Shown here one piece after another: positions 38,501-51,619 of a stretch of DNA of 64,000 bases. The notes beneath the pieces were generated by a model. The model did no database searches. It was not told the origin of the DNA and saw nothing but the letters and a program-made list of their open reading frames with translations. Position numbers and translations under genes: made by a program. The stretch comes from Macrostomum lignano (Eukaryota), in contig NIVC01001088.1 in the NCBI GenBank assembly GCA_002269645.1, positions 1 through 64,000 of the forward strand, in the 5' to 3' direction. The stretch's first letter is position 1; every line of letters begins with the position of its first letter.

Positions 38501-40613
38501 TTAGATCATTAGAATCTAGATCTATAAACTAGACTATCTTCAGGAGATCGATCTTTGGGACCTAGGTCCATAGAAAACTAGACTAGACGGATTGTTAAAA
38601 TCCAGTTCTACGAAAACGCATGAGGATTGATGGTGCTACAATCTGCATAGGACAGGTATAATGTTGTATGGGACAGGTTATAACCAATGTGTGAACATAT
38701 CCTCAACATCGCAGGTTGTCAAGCGGAACCCCAATCCCGTATTCAAAGAGCGGTTCCTGTACAGCCTGGAGCCGCACCAGCTGGCCCAGAAGTCGCTGCA
38801 GCTGCAGATGTTCAGCGTTGACAAGTACGCCAGGCAGAAGCACATCGGCGAGACTGAAATCAGGCTCGCTGACGTGGATCTGCAGCGACCGCTTCGTCTA
38901 TGGCTCAACCTGCGCGAACTCGACCAGGTGAGCAGCTGTTTCTTTAACTGCTACCCCAACCCCAACCCCAATGACCCAATAAAAATATCAAAACAGCCGC
39001 GTGCTTTCGATCTCAACATTGCAGAAACCGTCAGACTTTGGCGAGCTGATGTTCTCTCTCAGCTACCTGCCAACTGCCGAACGACTCACCGTGGTCATTG
39101 TGAAGGCAAAGAACTTGAAGTGGCCTCGCCAAGATCAGTCGGTTGGCGGTGAGTGTGTAACACGCGGTATTTGGCAGCACCACAAACACGAAGGCCCCGT
39201 GAGGCAGTGATCGCTTTATTTATGCAAGTTGAAGTTAAGCCTGCGATGTACATAGAGAGCGAACGTACATTAAATCAATACGATGATTCAGCTAATTATT
39301 TGTCACGATTGCTAACAGTTCAGACTGCCTCTAAGGCAAGGAATAAAATATTACAAGTGGAGGGAGGCAGATTAACTCGATAAAATTTATTTCCAAAGAT
39401 CGCAATCCCTTTGATGTGCCACGCCCTGCAGTGATTCCCCTCCAATTCCTTTGATGTACCGCCGCCCTCTAGAGATTCCCTCCAATCCTTTTGATGTACC
39501 GCCGCCCTCCAGAGATTCCCCTCCAATCCCTTTGATGTACCGCCGCCCTCCAGAGATTCCCCTCCAATCCCTTTGATGTACCGCCGCCCTCCAGAGATTC
39601 CCCTCCAATCCCTTCGATATGCCACCGACCTCCAGAGATTCTCAACCCCCAATCCCTTTGATGTACCGCTGCCCTCCAGAGATTCCCCTCCAATCCCTTT
39701 GATGTACCGCTGCCCTCCAGAGATTCCCCTCCAATCCCTTTGATGTACCGCTGCCCTCCAGAGATTCCCCTCCAATCCCTTTGATGTGCCGCCCTTAACC
39801 TCGTCAGGCGGACAAGCATTTGGCACTCAATACCCATTGCAGACGTGCTGGTAAAAGTGCATCTGCTGCAGGGCGGCAAGCGGGTAGCCAAAAAGAAGAC
39901 ATCGGTAAAGCGCAGCGAAAGCCAGCCCACCTACAACGAGGCGATGATATTTAGTGTGTCACAGGCCTCTCTGTCGGTGAGAACTGTTTTACAATTACAT
40001 GTTTATTTGCTCCAATTAGCCTTAAAATTACCATTTAAATAGCCAAATTATATACCATAATCAGCTCGATTACACTAGCTAAGCGGCTTTAGAGTTTATA
40101 AAATATAAATTGTCTGCAAATTGGACCAGACTTGAGACAGCGCACTGCACAATTGATTTATGGGTTATTATGCTGAAATAATTTTATAGGGAGACAGAGG
40201 GAGAGACAGAGGTAGAGACATGGAGAAACATAGGGAGAGACGGAGGGAGAGACGGAGGGAGAGACGGAGGGAGAGACAATGAGAGACATGGAGAGACAGA
40301 GGGAGAGGCAATGCGAGACAGAGGGAGAGGCAGTGCGAGACAGAGGGAGAGACAGAGGGATAGACAGAGGGAGAGACAATGAGAGACGGAGGGAGAGACG
40401 GAGGGAGACAGTACCTTCTACTCTCTCTTTCATCTCCAGTCCGTCCAGCTCCGCCTAACCGTGGCCGAATTGCGCAGCGACGGCCGGCTCAGCAGCATCG
40501 GTCACGTGATAATCGGCTCGCAGGCTGGCGGAGCCGAGCTGACGCACTGGCAGCAGATGGTCACCTCGCTGCGCAAACCCGTTGCCATGTGGCATCATTT
40601 GCGGAAGAAATGA
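32556..40613 (+). CDS. SYT12: Synaptotagmin-12-like protein (N-terminal TM, C2A, C2B; predicted Ca2+-independent); 7 exons
   Basis: Exons 32556-32729, about 35847-36006, 37176-37450, 38715-38927, 39025-39148, 39843-39976, 40440-40613, phase-consistent. [23 protein letters not shown]2[78 protein letters not shown] is typical of Syt12. Ca-ligand aspartates are mostly absent. Confidence 0.92.
32805..33772. repeat. (CCAT)n/(CCAC)n microsatellite in SYT12 intron 1
   Basis: Direct observation. Confidence 0.97.
34395..34883. repeat. 15/16-bp minisatellite gaggcgccagc+atta/accat
   Basis: Direct tandem repeats. Confidence 0.95.
35290..35755. repeat. 30-bp minisatellite (ctagagtcataaaatgaccagattttcaat)
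   Basis: Direct tandem repeats. Confidence 0.93.
36295..37118. repeat. 25-bp minisatellite (gtcagagtggcgccaaaagacgwyt)
   Basis: Direct tandem repeats; source of the SEWRQK-type ORFs. Confidence 0.95.
37485..38535. repeat. 40/32-bp minisatellite (tagatcattagatcattagaatctagatctataaaccaga)
   Basis: Period of 40 measured between 37801 and 37841. Confidence 0.97.
39405..39795. repeat. 41-bp minisatellite (ccctccagagattcccctccaatccctttgatgtaccgccg)
   Basis: Period of 41 measured between 39505 and 39546. Confidence 0.93.
40190..40410. repeat. GA-rich low-complexity repeat (gagacagaggga-type)
   Basis: Direct observation. Confidence 0.85.
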
Positions 40614-40919
40614 ATTCTAAGAAACAGCTATTTAGGCTGAGTGAGGATGGCTGGATTACCCCCATCTTATCGATCTGAGTATGCGTGAGCACGAGCAGAA
40701 AAAAGCAGATAGTGAATTCGATTAAACATGAGTAAGCTCGTCTCTTGTCTTTTCTTACACGAATGTTTCTGTTCTGGTCTGTTAATATGCTGCTCGCGTG
40801 TGTTGTTATGACCTGATATTTATGATTCATGTTTATATACTGTTTGGATCTGTAATGTTCTGTTCTGATCTTTTATACACTTTTCTGTTTTCATTGTACT
40901 TATTTTGTATTTTTGTTGT

Positions 40920-41965
40920 GCTCCAGTCTGTAATGTACTGTTCCAGTCTGTAATGTACTGATCCAGTCTTTAATGTGTACTGTTCCAGTCTGTAATGTAC
41001 TGATCCAGTCTTTAATGTGTACTGTTCCAGTCTGTAATGTACTGATCCAATCTGTAATGTACTGATCCAGTCTGTAATGTACTGATCCGATCTGTAATGT
41101 GTACTGTTCCTGTCTGTAATGTCTACTGTTCCAGTCTGTAATGTGTACTGTTCCTGTCTGTAATGTACTGATCCAGTCTTTAATGTGTACTGTTCCAGTC
41201 TGTAATGTACTGATCCAATCTGTAATGTACTGATCCAGTCTGTAATGTACTGATCCGATCTGTAATGTGTACTGTTCCTGTCTGTTATGTCTACTGTTCC
41301 AGTCTGTAATGTGTACTGTTCCAGTCTGTAATGTACTGATCCAATCTGTAATGTACTGATCCAGTCTGTAATGTACTGTTCCAGTCTGTAATGTGTACTG
41401 TTCCTGTCTGTAATGTCTACTGTTCCAGTCTGTAATGTGTACTGTTCCAGTCTGTAATGTACTGTTCCAGTCTGTAATGTGTACTATTTCAGTCTGTAAT
41501 GTGCACTGTTCCAGTCTGTAATGTACTGTTTCAGTCTGTAATTTTTACTATTCCAGTCTGTAATGTGTACTGTTCCAGTCTGTAATGTGTACTGTTCCAG
41601 TCTGTAATGTGTACTGTTTCAGTCTGTAATGTGTACTGTTCCAGTCTGTAATGTGTACTGTTCCAGTCTGTAATGTGTACTGTTCCAGTCTGTAATGTGT
41701 ACTATTTCAGTCTGTAATGTGCACTGTTCCAGTCTGTAATGTACTGTTTCAGTCTGTAATTTGTACTATTCCAGTCTGTAATGTGTACTGTTCCAGTCTG
41801 TAATGTGTACTGTTCCAGTCTGTAATGTGTACTGTTCCAGTCTGTAATGTGTACTGTTCCAGTCTGTAATGTGTACTGTTCCAGTCTGTAATGTACTGTT
41901 CCAGTCTGTAATGTACTGATCCAATCTGTAATGTACTGATCCAGTCTGTAATGTACTGATCCAGC
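40920..41965. repeat. 20/22-bp minisatellite (ccagtctgtaatg[tg]tactgtt)
   Basis: Direct tandem repeats. Confidence 0.95.
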
Positions 41966-44900
41966 CTGTGTCTGCACTCTACTGCTCCTAACAGCATTCT
42001 TATGTCTAATCGAAAACATGAAATTGTTTAAATTTATACTCAGTTGACATATAAACACCCGACAGTTGACATCTTGTCAAACACAAAGATACATTTAGTT
42101 GAAGACATTTATTATCTTTAGGATTAGTGATTGGCTACACAGTATAGCCGCACAGCTCAGCAAGGGGATTATAATGAACGATGGGCAAATAGAGCTTGCA
42201 AGAGACCGCGGACGGGCTTCGGCTACTCATGAATAATCCATCGGTAGAAGCATCGAAGGCTTATACATGTACATGTAGGGTAGGCTTATAGCAATTGCCC
42301 CAGGGAATTGCGCCCGGCTCTTGGCTTAGCTAGCTATGGGAAATTAGATAGCAAAGGCAGGCGCGCCGAAAGCTCAACCAAAATGCCACTGGGCCACTGC
42401 ACTGTGCCCTTCGGAATATTAAATGCAACAACGTGTCCTTCGGTCTCTTTGCTTCTTCTCTATAACGTTTCTTGTTTTTTGGGTTATTTTTTCTTAGTCT
42501 CATGTTACTAGTTTGTCTTAATATTTAAAAGCTATTTTTAATTCAAAATAGTCCGCTTTCTCATTAAAATGACACACTCCTCTTACTTGTAGTAGTGTGA
42601 TACATGCGTTAATTATTTTTGTTGTTTTAATCTAATTCTTGAATTGAATTGTTCTATAATTATTCAATATTATTGACACCAGAAACAGATAATTAATTTC
42701 TTTAACTTTTAGCTTATTTTGTTGAGTCTAACCATATTAAATTTAATCTTCTGCCTATATTATATAATTGTTCTGTTTGTTGTTGGTCTCCGCGAACGCA
42801 GATTTAGAGTCTGTGTGCAAACCACACAAATGATATAATTGACTATGCTAATTAATAATTTATTCGATATGTACTGCAAAATGTTATTATGCCATGGTAC
42901 ATGTATGTGGTTTAGTTTAAAACATCAATTAAATTCTTAACTCATTTCAGCACTAATTGTTAGTTTTCATCATTTAGACCTACAGATTAAGTTATAGTAT
43001 TTTTGCAATTCTGAATTCTGATAATGTTATACCTTCTTTCGAAACATTTCTTATTGCATTGTTCAAGCATATTTGGACCAAAGTATTTGTCCTTAATTTT
43101 AAATACATGTAATAATAGTATCTTTAATTGCTGTTGCACTGGTTTAAAATACATATTCGTTAAAAGATTGTCACTTTTTTGTTCCGGAAATTTTGTAAAG
43201 ATTATAGCTATCCGAATAAAACGTAAAAGAAAAAAGAATTTGATTACTTACCAATATAGATAGTAGCTTTGGTTTTTTAACCAGTTACTGTTACTCTAAT
43301 TATTTAAAACATACATTTTTATTTTTATTATCGCGTGCTTGGCATATACGAGCGTATTACGACTGAATAAATATACTTTCCTTTGTCAGTTTTATTTTCT
43401 GTTCACTTTTCGCTAACATTTTATAGCTAATAGCTGAAAACTTTGTGCACACGTTAATATAAAGAAAGTACTATAGTATATTTTTGTTGCCAAATACATA
43501 TACAGTATATATAGCTATAGCAATGTTGTCAATGAATATATGCAATTCAGATAAACGATCAAATTTTGATGGGTCATAATTTTGTTATAGCTAAACTCTT
43601 TCGTGTTTGTGCCTGTACTTAGCATGCGCATTTAATTTTTTTGGTTGAATTAGGCCCTGCATGGGGATGGTATATAATTGCAAAGCATCGGAGAAATACG
43701 AGTACTAATATTAAAAGTACTATTAAAACTATTACTATTACAGTAATATTAAAATTTTCCCTATACATTTTTTGTATTGTCTAAGAATTAAAATTTGTCA
43801 AAAATCATTGCTATATTTGTGTTAATGTGTTACAGAAAAAATAAATTCCTACGTTATTCCGCTCGCTTTAATCAGTTTGATGTACGCTCGTACTCTCTAC
43901 AATTTACCCAAGAAATCTGCGTTTTTATTTGTTACATTATCTGTACAAGCACTTCCAGCCATCTTGCTGTGTGATCACGACCACTCAGTCCACAGTTTCT
44001 ATATGTTTAGCTGCATATGTACAAATCATAATGTATCGAACATTCCTAAATATGTCATATCAGACCATCAAATTTAATCAATTAGCATATTCTGCTGGTA
44101 CTTTAAATTTAAAACTAATTAGAAATTAGAAAAAATAGCACTCGACACCCAAGCTCCACACTTGTCTTTTGCCACTCTAGACATATATTTGGCACTTATT
44201 CAATACATGTACTTGGCACACGCTTTATAGATGTGATAATTGCTTGCGTTGTGGATTAGAACAGTAACATAGATTCTAGTAACTCGAGAGCTAAGTTCAT
44301 ATTAACAAAGTACTTCAACAACAAAAAAAGATTAGCCACATTAGCAATAACAGAACCTCATTAGTTAGAAAATTTATGCTTCAATCGATAGCCATTGAGA
44401 AGGTACGCAATAGAAAACAACTACCGCGGTCAGTAGGTGTTCAAACAGGACAATTTATTAATAAATTAACAGTCAAATAATCAGTATACTAGCGCGGCGC
44501 TCTCATGTACCAGCCGGCAGCGGCCCAGGCTCGATTCCAAGTGCAGTCACAGTATTTTTGGGGGCTAAATTGGGATCTCGGCTTGGCTCTGCTTTCGCAA
44601 TTAATGCCAATTAGCTTGAGGGGCGTACATGTACGTATCCGCGCGCCTGTGTGCCTCAGGGGAGTCGGCGGAATGGGCAGTAACAATGTCTCTCGCCGAT
44701 TGTGTGACAATGTCGCTTTAAGTGTTGCCAGGGTGCACGCAGCCCCGCAGTCTCTTTCATTCTCATTCGTAATCATTCTCAGTTGGGTCGGAAGTGATCC
44801 TCATTTTTTCTACTGATTGAACGTGCCATCAAAAACATGGCATCTGAGAGTGCACTTGACTGAACATCGGCAGTCAGCACTCGCTAGAGTAAGTGAAATC

Positions 44901-45357
44901 GGAATAGCGTATTATCCCACAGAAGTATTTGTTTCAGCGTAATTCTTTTCAACGGCAACCCAAAATAGAACCATAATTTTTTCAAACGATTTTTGATTGT
45001 AGAAAGTAGATACTGTCAGTATAAAACAGAGCACACACTCATGTTGCACTACAGCTTTTTCGTTTTGTCATGAGTATAATTAATTTTTGGACACCCCTCG
45101 CTTGTACTAGCGTACTAGTATACCAATAGTACTGGTATAGTACTGGAGAAGTATACCAATAACTCGTATACCAATTGCGCGACGAACTTTAAACACCCAG
45201 TGGCCTACTGCTACTACAATGGAGACTTGCCTCAGTCTCAACTCTCTTTCTTTTTTCTTCTTTAATAAGCTTGCAGTAATGCTAGAGAAACACGGATTCA
45301 TTACTAAGCGAACTATTATTCTTAAAAAGAATAATTTTAAGAAGAAAAGCAAAGACG

Positions 45358-45540
45358 CCCAATTTGGCAACTCGGATACCCAATATGGCACTCAAACACT
45401 CACTTTGGCCCTCTGACAACCAATTTGGCACTCTAACACTCACTTTAACCCTCTGACAACCAATTTGGCACTCTAACACTCACTTTGACACCCTGACACT
45501 CACTTTGGCACCCTGACAACCGATTTGGCACTCTGAAAAC
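45358..45540. repeat. Short array of about 45-bp units (aatttggcactctaacactcacttt..ctctgacaacc)
   Basis: Three to four imperfect copies visible. Confidence 0.75.
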
Positions 45541-46303
45541 CATAATTTCGCACTCGTTTTAAAAGTACCAAATTGCCTATTTCAATATCGAACTAATGGA
45601 TTTAAGTTAGTGAGATAGCTGCTGTTTGCTTCCCGATTTAGGCACTAAAGCTTTACCTAAAGTCTCGAGCCTCTACTGTCGGAAGCCTTCTTAGCTCTTA
45701 GTAGAGTAGGTAGTGCTGCCACCAGTTCCTTCAGGTCTCGGCCTTCCGTGAGGTGACCTTCTCGTCGGAAAGAAAGAAACAATTCAACGAACTCAGCACC
45801 GTGTGCAGATTTGCAGCTCAACGGACAAGGAGTCTCGTCAGCAGATCCTACCGGGCTTGGTGGGTGGATGGAAAGGCTGTGTTAGCCTCTCGTAGGCTAG
45901 GAGTTGGCTTTAGATGGGTCTCAGACAGACCAATAACAGAGAGTTAAACGTACATGTACACTCAGACACAGACTCAGACGAGATTCTTAGGGAACACAAG
46001 ATTGAACAAGAAGAACCTCCTTGACTGAACCAAGGGTGAGGGGTCTGCATTTATAGTGGGATTCACCCCTGCCTCAACACACAAGACCTCGTGACTTTGT
46101 TCTATTTTTAGAACTGACGTCACTGGGGTCTCCGGGCAGAGTGCACAAGGCTGTGACTCAGTGTCTATTTTTAGAAACATCAAACTATTTTTAGAGCGCA
46201 GAAAACGGGCAGAAAACGGGAAAGGGAGGACCGCATACAGGCAGACAAAGGGAAGGCGGGAAGCTGATCAGCGGCAGACAGCGACCCAGGGCGAGGGCGA
46301 GGG

Positions 46304-49300
46304 CTTGACTTACTTGACTTAGCTGCAGGGCTGTCCCGGGGGGACACAGAGGGAACCCGCGAGCGCCCATTCCGCTAATCCCTGAACGGCCGACGCGTCG
46401 CTATGAACGAAGGGTTGGCGCCGCCCAAGGAGGTCCCCCAGTGTCGCCAGCAGCTATAGTACTCTCTGCAGAAAGGAGAGTTCAGCCCTGTGTGTGGCCC
46501 GAGGTAAGTGAGTCTGGCTCGCGTAAAGGCGGGACAGATGCTGACGAAATGCTCAGCGGTTTCGTCACCTGAGTTACAGAAACTACAGATGGCGTTGGTG
46601 GCGTTGCCCTGCAGGTACTTGTGCCTAGAGAAGCAGCCGTGACTTGAGAGGGTCATGGTGGCAGCCCGGATGTCTCTGCGCGAGAGGCGCAAGAGGAGCT
46701 TCCGGAGCTGGTGAGAGGGCTGAGGGACAGCGCCTCTGGATTGCCTGCAGGTAGTGCAGTTCGCCCAAGCCGAGCGGTGCTGGGTCCTGATCCACGCGTT
46801 GATGCGCGAGTCGATGACACAGCCAGGAATCGGGACAAGGGGTTCGGGACCGAGAGAGGAGCCGGAGGCGCCAACTTTTGCTAAGGCGTCAGCCAACTCA
46901 TTCCCTCGGATCCCCACATGCCCCGGAACCCACTTAAGGGTGATTTTGTTGGTGGAGCCCAACATGTTGAGGAGTTGGATACGAGGACTGTAGCAGAACT
47001 GGTACTACAGCCACTGATGGCGTGCAAGGCAGCTTGGCTGTCCGAATGGAAAATGATGTTCTTACCGGATCCGCCAGTGGCGAGAAGCTCTGCAATGCAG
47101 GAGCTGATGGCGAGAACTTCACTTTGGAAGACACTGGAGTTGACCCCAGTGTACTGAGCGTGGGTTGCGATGACCCTCCCGTTCAGGAAGATTCCAACAC
47201 CAAAGCCGGTGTTGGCTGACTGCTTAGAACCATCGGTGTAGCAGTGAAGCTCCCCATGGTTCCAGTGGTCATTGAAGGTATCGCGCGAGTCGAAAGCTAC
47301 GGAGTAGCGTTGTCTCAGGTTGAGCGTTGTTGAGGCAATGCCATCGGTGAAGACGCGATTGGCCTGACACTCGTTGAGAATGTTGAGGCACAGGTCGCTA
47401 TGCGGGACGAAGTTCCGCTTAGCAGGTGCCCTCATGTAAAGGAATTTGATACCGGCATCAAGTAAACGCCGCGTCGTTCTAGCCGCCTCACCCCTGATGA
47501 AGAGGTCAAGAGGCGGAAGATTAAGGAAGGCCCCCATGCCGGCAAAGGGCGTGGACCTGGTGGCGTTGCAGATAAGCCTACACGCTCTGTCCTGGATCGT
47601 GTTGAGCAAATCTGCATCGCTTTTGACCTGGGTAGCGCAACCCAGACAACCGATGCAGGTACGTAATGGCAGGTCTAACTACGGAAGTGTAGATCCACCA
47701 AAGCCGCTTTGGAGAAAGACCCCAAGAAGTGCCAAGTGCTCGTCGGAGCTGGGCCAGGATGACTGAGGCATGCTTGGCTTTTGCTTTCACGTGGAAGGAC
47801 CAGTTGAGTCGGTGGTCAAGTATGACCCCGAGACATCTGGTCTGGTGCGCGAAGGCAATATCTCTGCCGTATAACTGCAGAGGTCGTATTCCAGCGTATT
47901 CTGCTGGTGAACATAATGGCAACAGTTTTGGGCTCAGAGAGTTCCAGACCGTTGTCATTGGCCCAGGATTCTGCTTTGCGGATAAAGCTCTGCATCAGAT
48001 CCCTGAGCGTGCTGAGGGACGGCTCTGCCACAATGGCAGTGACGTCGTCAGCATACCCGACTTTGAAGACGGGATCAGGTCGGGAGTCGCCCAGAAGAGC
48101 GTCCATGACCAGGTTCCAGAGCGTCGGGGTGAGGACTTCACCTTGGGGTCCGCCCTTACAAACTTTGGCGGAGGCAGTTTGCCAAAGAAGTTGGGCAGTG
48201 ACCGTAAGGTTAGAGATCATGTACATGATCCACCGTATGAGGGTAGCGTGAGCTTTGCGGTTTTTAAGGGCCCTCTGAAACCCTTTAAAGATAACGTTGT
48301 CGAAGGCGCCAACAATCTCGAGAAAAAGAGCCAGGGCGTAACCGTCATCCATTACCGCCCGTTCAATGTACTCGACTATCGCATGCAGGGCGCTGTCAGT
48401 CGACCTCCTGGTACGGAAGGCTTGCTAGTGATTGCTGAGGTGCACTGCTGTCAGCTCGCATGAAAGCAGCCGCCAGAGAATAGGCCTCTCAGTGAGCTTA
48501 AGTATTGCTGACGTTAAGCTAATTGGCCTAAAGGCCTTGACGCTCTGGTAGTCACCCTTCCCAGGTTTGAGAATGAAGACTACCCGAGCTTCGGTCCAGC
48601 ACTTGGGAACGTATCCCATCTGGATAGAGGCCCGCATGAGATAGCGGGTGAGTCTCAAGAACGAGGGTATCTTGGCTGCTTCACGAAGAACAGGGTAGAT
48701 ACCATCAGGTCCAAGAGATTTGAAGGGCTTGAAGGTTCTGACCGCACGAGCGATTAAGTCTTCAGTGATAATGCCCGCCGCTAGGGTGGCTCCATCCATC
48801 GAACGGTTGGGTTCCGATCTAGCAGTGGGTACCCTCAGGAAGAATGTGCTGAGCATATGCTGAAGCACTTCTTCAGGGTCTTTAGTGAGAGAGCTATCAT
48901 CTCTTCTGATCATGGCTAATTTGGACATTTTTTCCATTGTAAGGGCCTTGACAAGCCTAGAAGTAGGTCTGTCTTGATCCAACTCATTGCAGAATTGGCG
49001 CCATTTACATTCCTTGGCTTTGCGCACTTCAGATTTCAAGTTGTGGGAGGCTTGTCGGAAAAGTTCCATGTCCTCTGGGTTTCCGGTCTTCATGGTACGG
49101 CGTGAAGGCTTTTGGCCTTCCGCCTGAGTTTCCCCAGCTCCGGGTTCCACCACGGCGCCGAGGTCTTGTCTTTGTATAGGCACGGACAGGGCAGGCCGCT
49201 TCATAGGCTGCAATAATGCAACCTGTCAGCGTCTCAGCCGCATGGTCCACATCCTCGCAGGTCTCAATCGGACGTAATTCCGTGAGTTCCTGCAGGTGCA

Positions 49301-50894
49301 GATCAAGGGTAGCCTTATAGACTGCCCAATCAGTGTTGCGAATGTTACGCCTCCAAGTGATCGAGGACTGGGGTTTAGTGTCCACGATGTTAAAGGCGAT
49401 AAAGCAGTGGTCAGACAGGGAGGGCTCCTCAGACCAGACTTCACTTCTCAACTCTGTCAAAGAGTTTTGGGGTAGAGAATGTGGCATCGAGGGCCTCAGT
49501 CCATCTGCCATTGTGAAAGGTAGGAGCAGGCGAATAACGTCTGGTCCAGCTGCGGTGCTCTTTGCCGAGACAAAAACCACGTAGGGTATTGTCTTTGGAC
49601 GCTGGCCTTCGCGAAGAAAAAGGGCTCCGCCGAGGTCAGCATCCAAGGAGACCGTCGGCAGCCGCTGGAGCAGCTGCTGAGCATCCTTATCACTGCTAGG
49701 AGCGATAAGAACGAATGTGCTTCGCAGCACCATCCGCTCAATGCCGATGGAGATTCCCTCCTCGACAGTCCGCTCAATCAGATGGGATTCAATAGCACTC
49801 CACACTTTTTGAAGCTGATCAGTGGTCCAGTCCTGGTCGCGACCTCGAATGATCACTCCCGGGATTTTGGCCTTGGCCTTCGCCGCAAAGGTAGCTCCCG
49901 AAGGAACCTCCTTGTTGGCAGTGGCCATTTGTTGCGCCGTGGTTTCGGCCTCAGCAGCCGCGGCAGCAGCTCCAGGGAGCGCCGCTGAACTACTGGGGCT
50001 TCCACCGGCCGGCCCGTCTGGTTGCCTTGGGACGCCAGTCGCTTCAGCGTCCGTGGTGGACGCCGCCGCTTTGCCCCCCCGCAGCTTCCTTCTTGGCCTG
50101 CCTTTTGGCGCGTCGCTTAGCGCGTTTGCGCTCGAGCCGAGCCCGCTGAGCTTCATCGGATCTGCCAGATTTGGCCGGTCCTTTAGGCTCAGAGCCCGCG
50201 GTTCCCTTTGATCTACCAGCAGAGCTGGCAGGTCTTTGGGTGTTTTGGTTTTGGTAGCTCTTGTTGGATCTGGTTGGAAGGCCAGGGCGGTCCTTCGGAC
50301 TGAGGTTGGGATTTAGAAGGGTCCCCGTCCCTAGAATTAGTTTGGTTATCCATAGTCGGCTCGAAGGCCATGATAAAGATTGATGGACTACCCTCGAAGG
50401 GGCGCGGTACCCACCCGGCCGCTCCAACTGACCGGGCAGTAGGCCAAAAGAACCCTCAAGGCTGGTCCGACACCAGGAGGGAGACCGCTTGCGACCGGAC
50501 TACTCCCCGGCCTTCCAGCCCATCGGCACGGTCAAACACCTTAGGTATAGAGGGTATACGTTGAGCAGTACCACGGCCTGCGGACTGGCAAGCCAGACCC
50601 GCATACACAAGTTCGGCAAAAGCCACTGGATGGGTCCCCAGCGTCGGAAGCCCAGTCTGTCCGGCAGCCCTAGGGTCTGCCTTGAACACTCGCGGGGACG
50701 AGTACCCTGGGTCGGCTCGCAAAACAGTGTGAGGGGGGGGGGTCCGCGGCTGCCAGTGGCAAATAGAGAGTGCAGACCTCCCTCCAGCCTTGACCTGCTG
50801 AAGATAGGGGCAGGCGTGGAGCATCGCAGACCTTAGCCCATAGGCCTGGTCTGTCTCATACTTCACTGGCATGCTGAATACGCCCGTGCGAGCG
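46304..50894 (-). mobile_element. Non-LTR retrotransposon of LOA/R1-like type: ORF1 remnant, truncated AP endonuclease, RT, RNase H and C-terminal zinc knuckle; frameshifted and internally deleted
   Basis: ORF pieces 50427-50044, 50156-49029 (ORF1 running into the endonuclease end SEEPSLSDH), 49213-48425 (KSLGPDGI, FRPISLTS), 48352-47816 (GGPQGEVLTPTLWN, GYADD), 47958-47578, 47609-46881 (YTDGSK, VFQSEV, SDSQAAL), 46965-46375 (WVPGHVGIRGNELADALA; CSFC..ETAEH..C). Tail (TAAGTCAAG)2. Flanking direct repeat AGGGCGAGGGCGAGGG. Confidence 0.93.
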
Positions 50895-51619
50895 AGGGCG
50901 AGGGCGAGGGCGAGGGAAACTGCTGACAAAGGGGGCGCCTAACACCAAACTAGCGGATCACTACATTAGTCTTGAACAGTAACATATTCTACTATAACCC
51001 GAAAGCTAAAGTTCATATTAACAGAGTTCTCAGTCTTCATGAGTATAATTACTTTTTGGACACGGCCCTCGCAATTGTAGCACCGGCGCGACGAACTTTA
51101 AACACGTCGCAGTGGCCCGCTACAATTGAGACTTGCCTCAGTCTCAACTCTCTTTTCTTATTCTCTAATAATAACGTACCAGGCTATGGAAACACGGATC
51201 TAAGAGAACAATTTTAAGAAGCAGACAGAGACTGCAGACAGAGCACAGAGCAGAGGCTGAAGGATGTCTGTCATCTTGAGTTTTATTTATTTCTTATCTG
51301 TGATGCTACTCTATTATAACTAAAACGTCGAGATCAAAAAAACTATCTTCGTCCTTTAAATATGAATAAAAAATTCTATTCTTAGAACTTCGTCATTTTT
51401 TCGATTCCGTAGCATCCGCATGCAGAATGGGTATAATTGCAAGACGAGGCGGCAGAAAAATGTGTGTAAAACTGCTGAGAAAGAAGCTGCGCTTTTACCT
51501 TTGAGACATCGGACTTCGTGAGTTTTATTTCTGTTCAGATGAGCAATTACAGGGATCAAGCATATTATGCATCATTATAGGGCCTAAGTGTATCAATCCC
51601 CCTATTCATTGATAGTGCC

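Noticed and set aside
44490-44560. Possible tRNA or SINE head (gctcgattcc B-box-like)
   Set aside because: No clear A box, cloverleaf or tail could be established.
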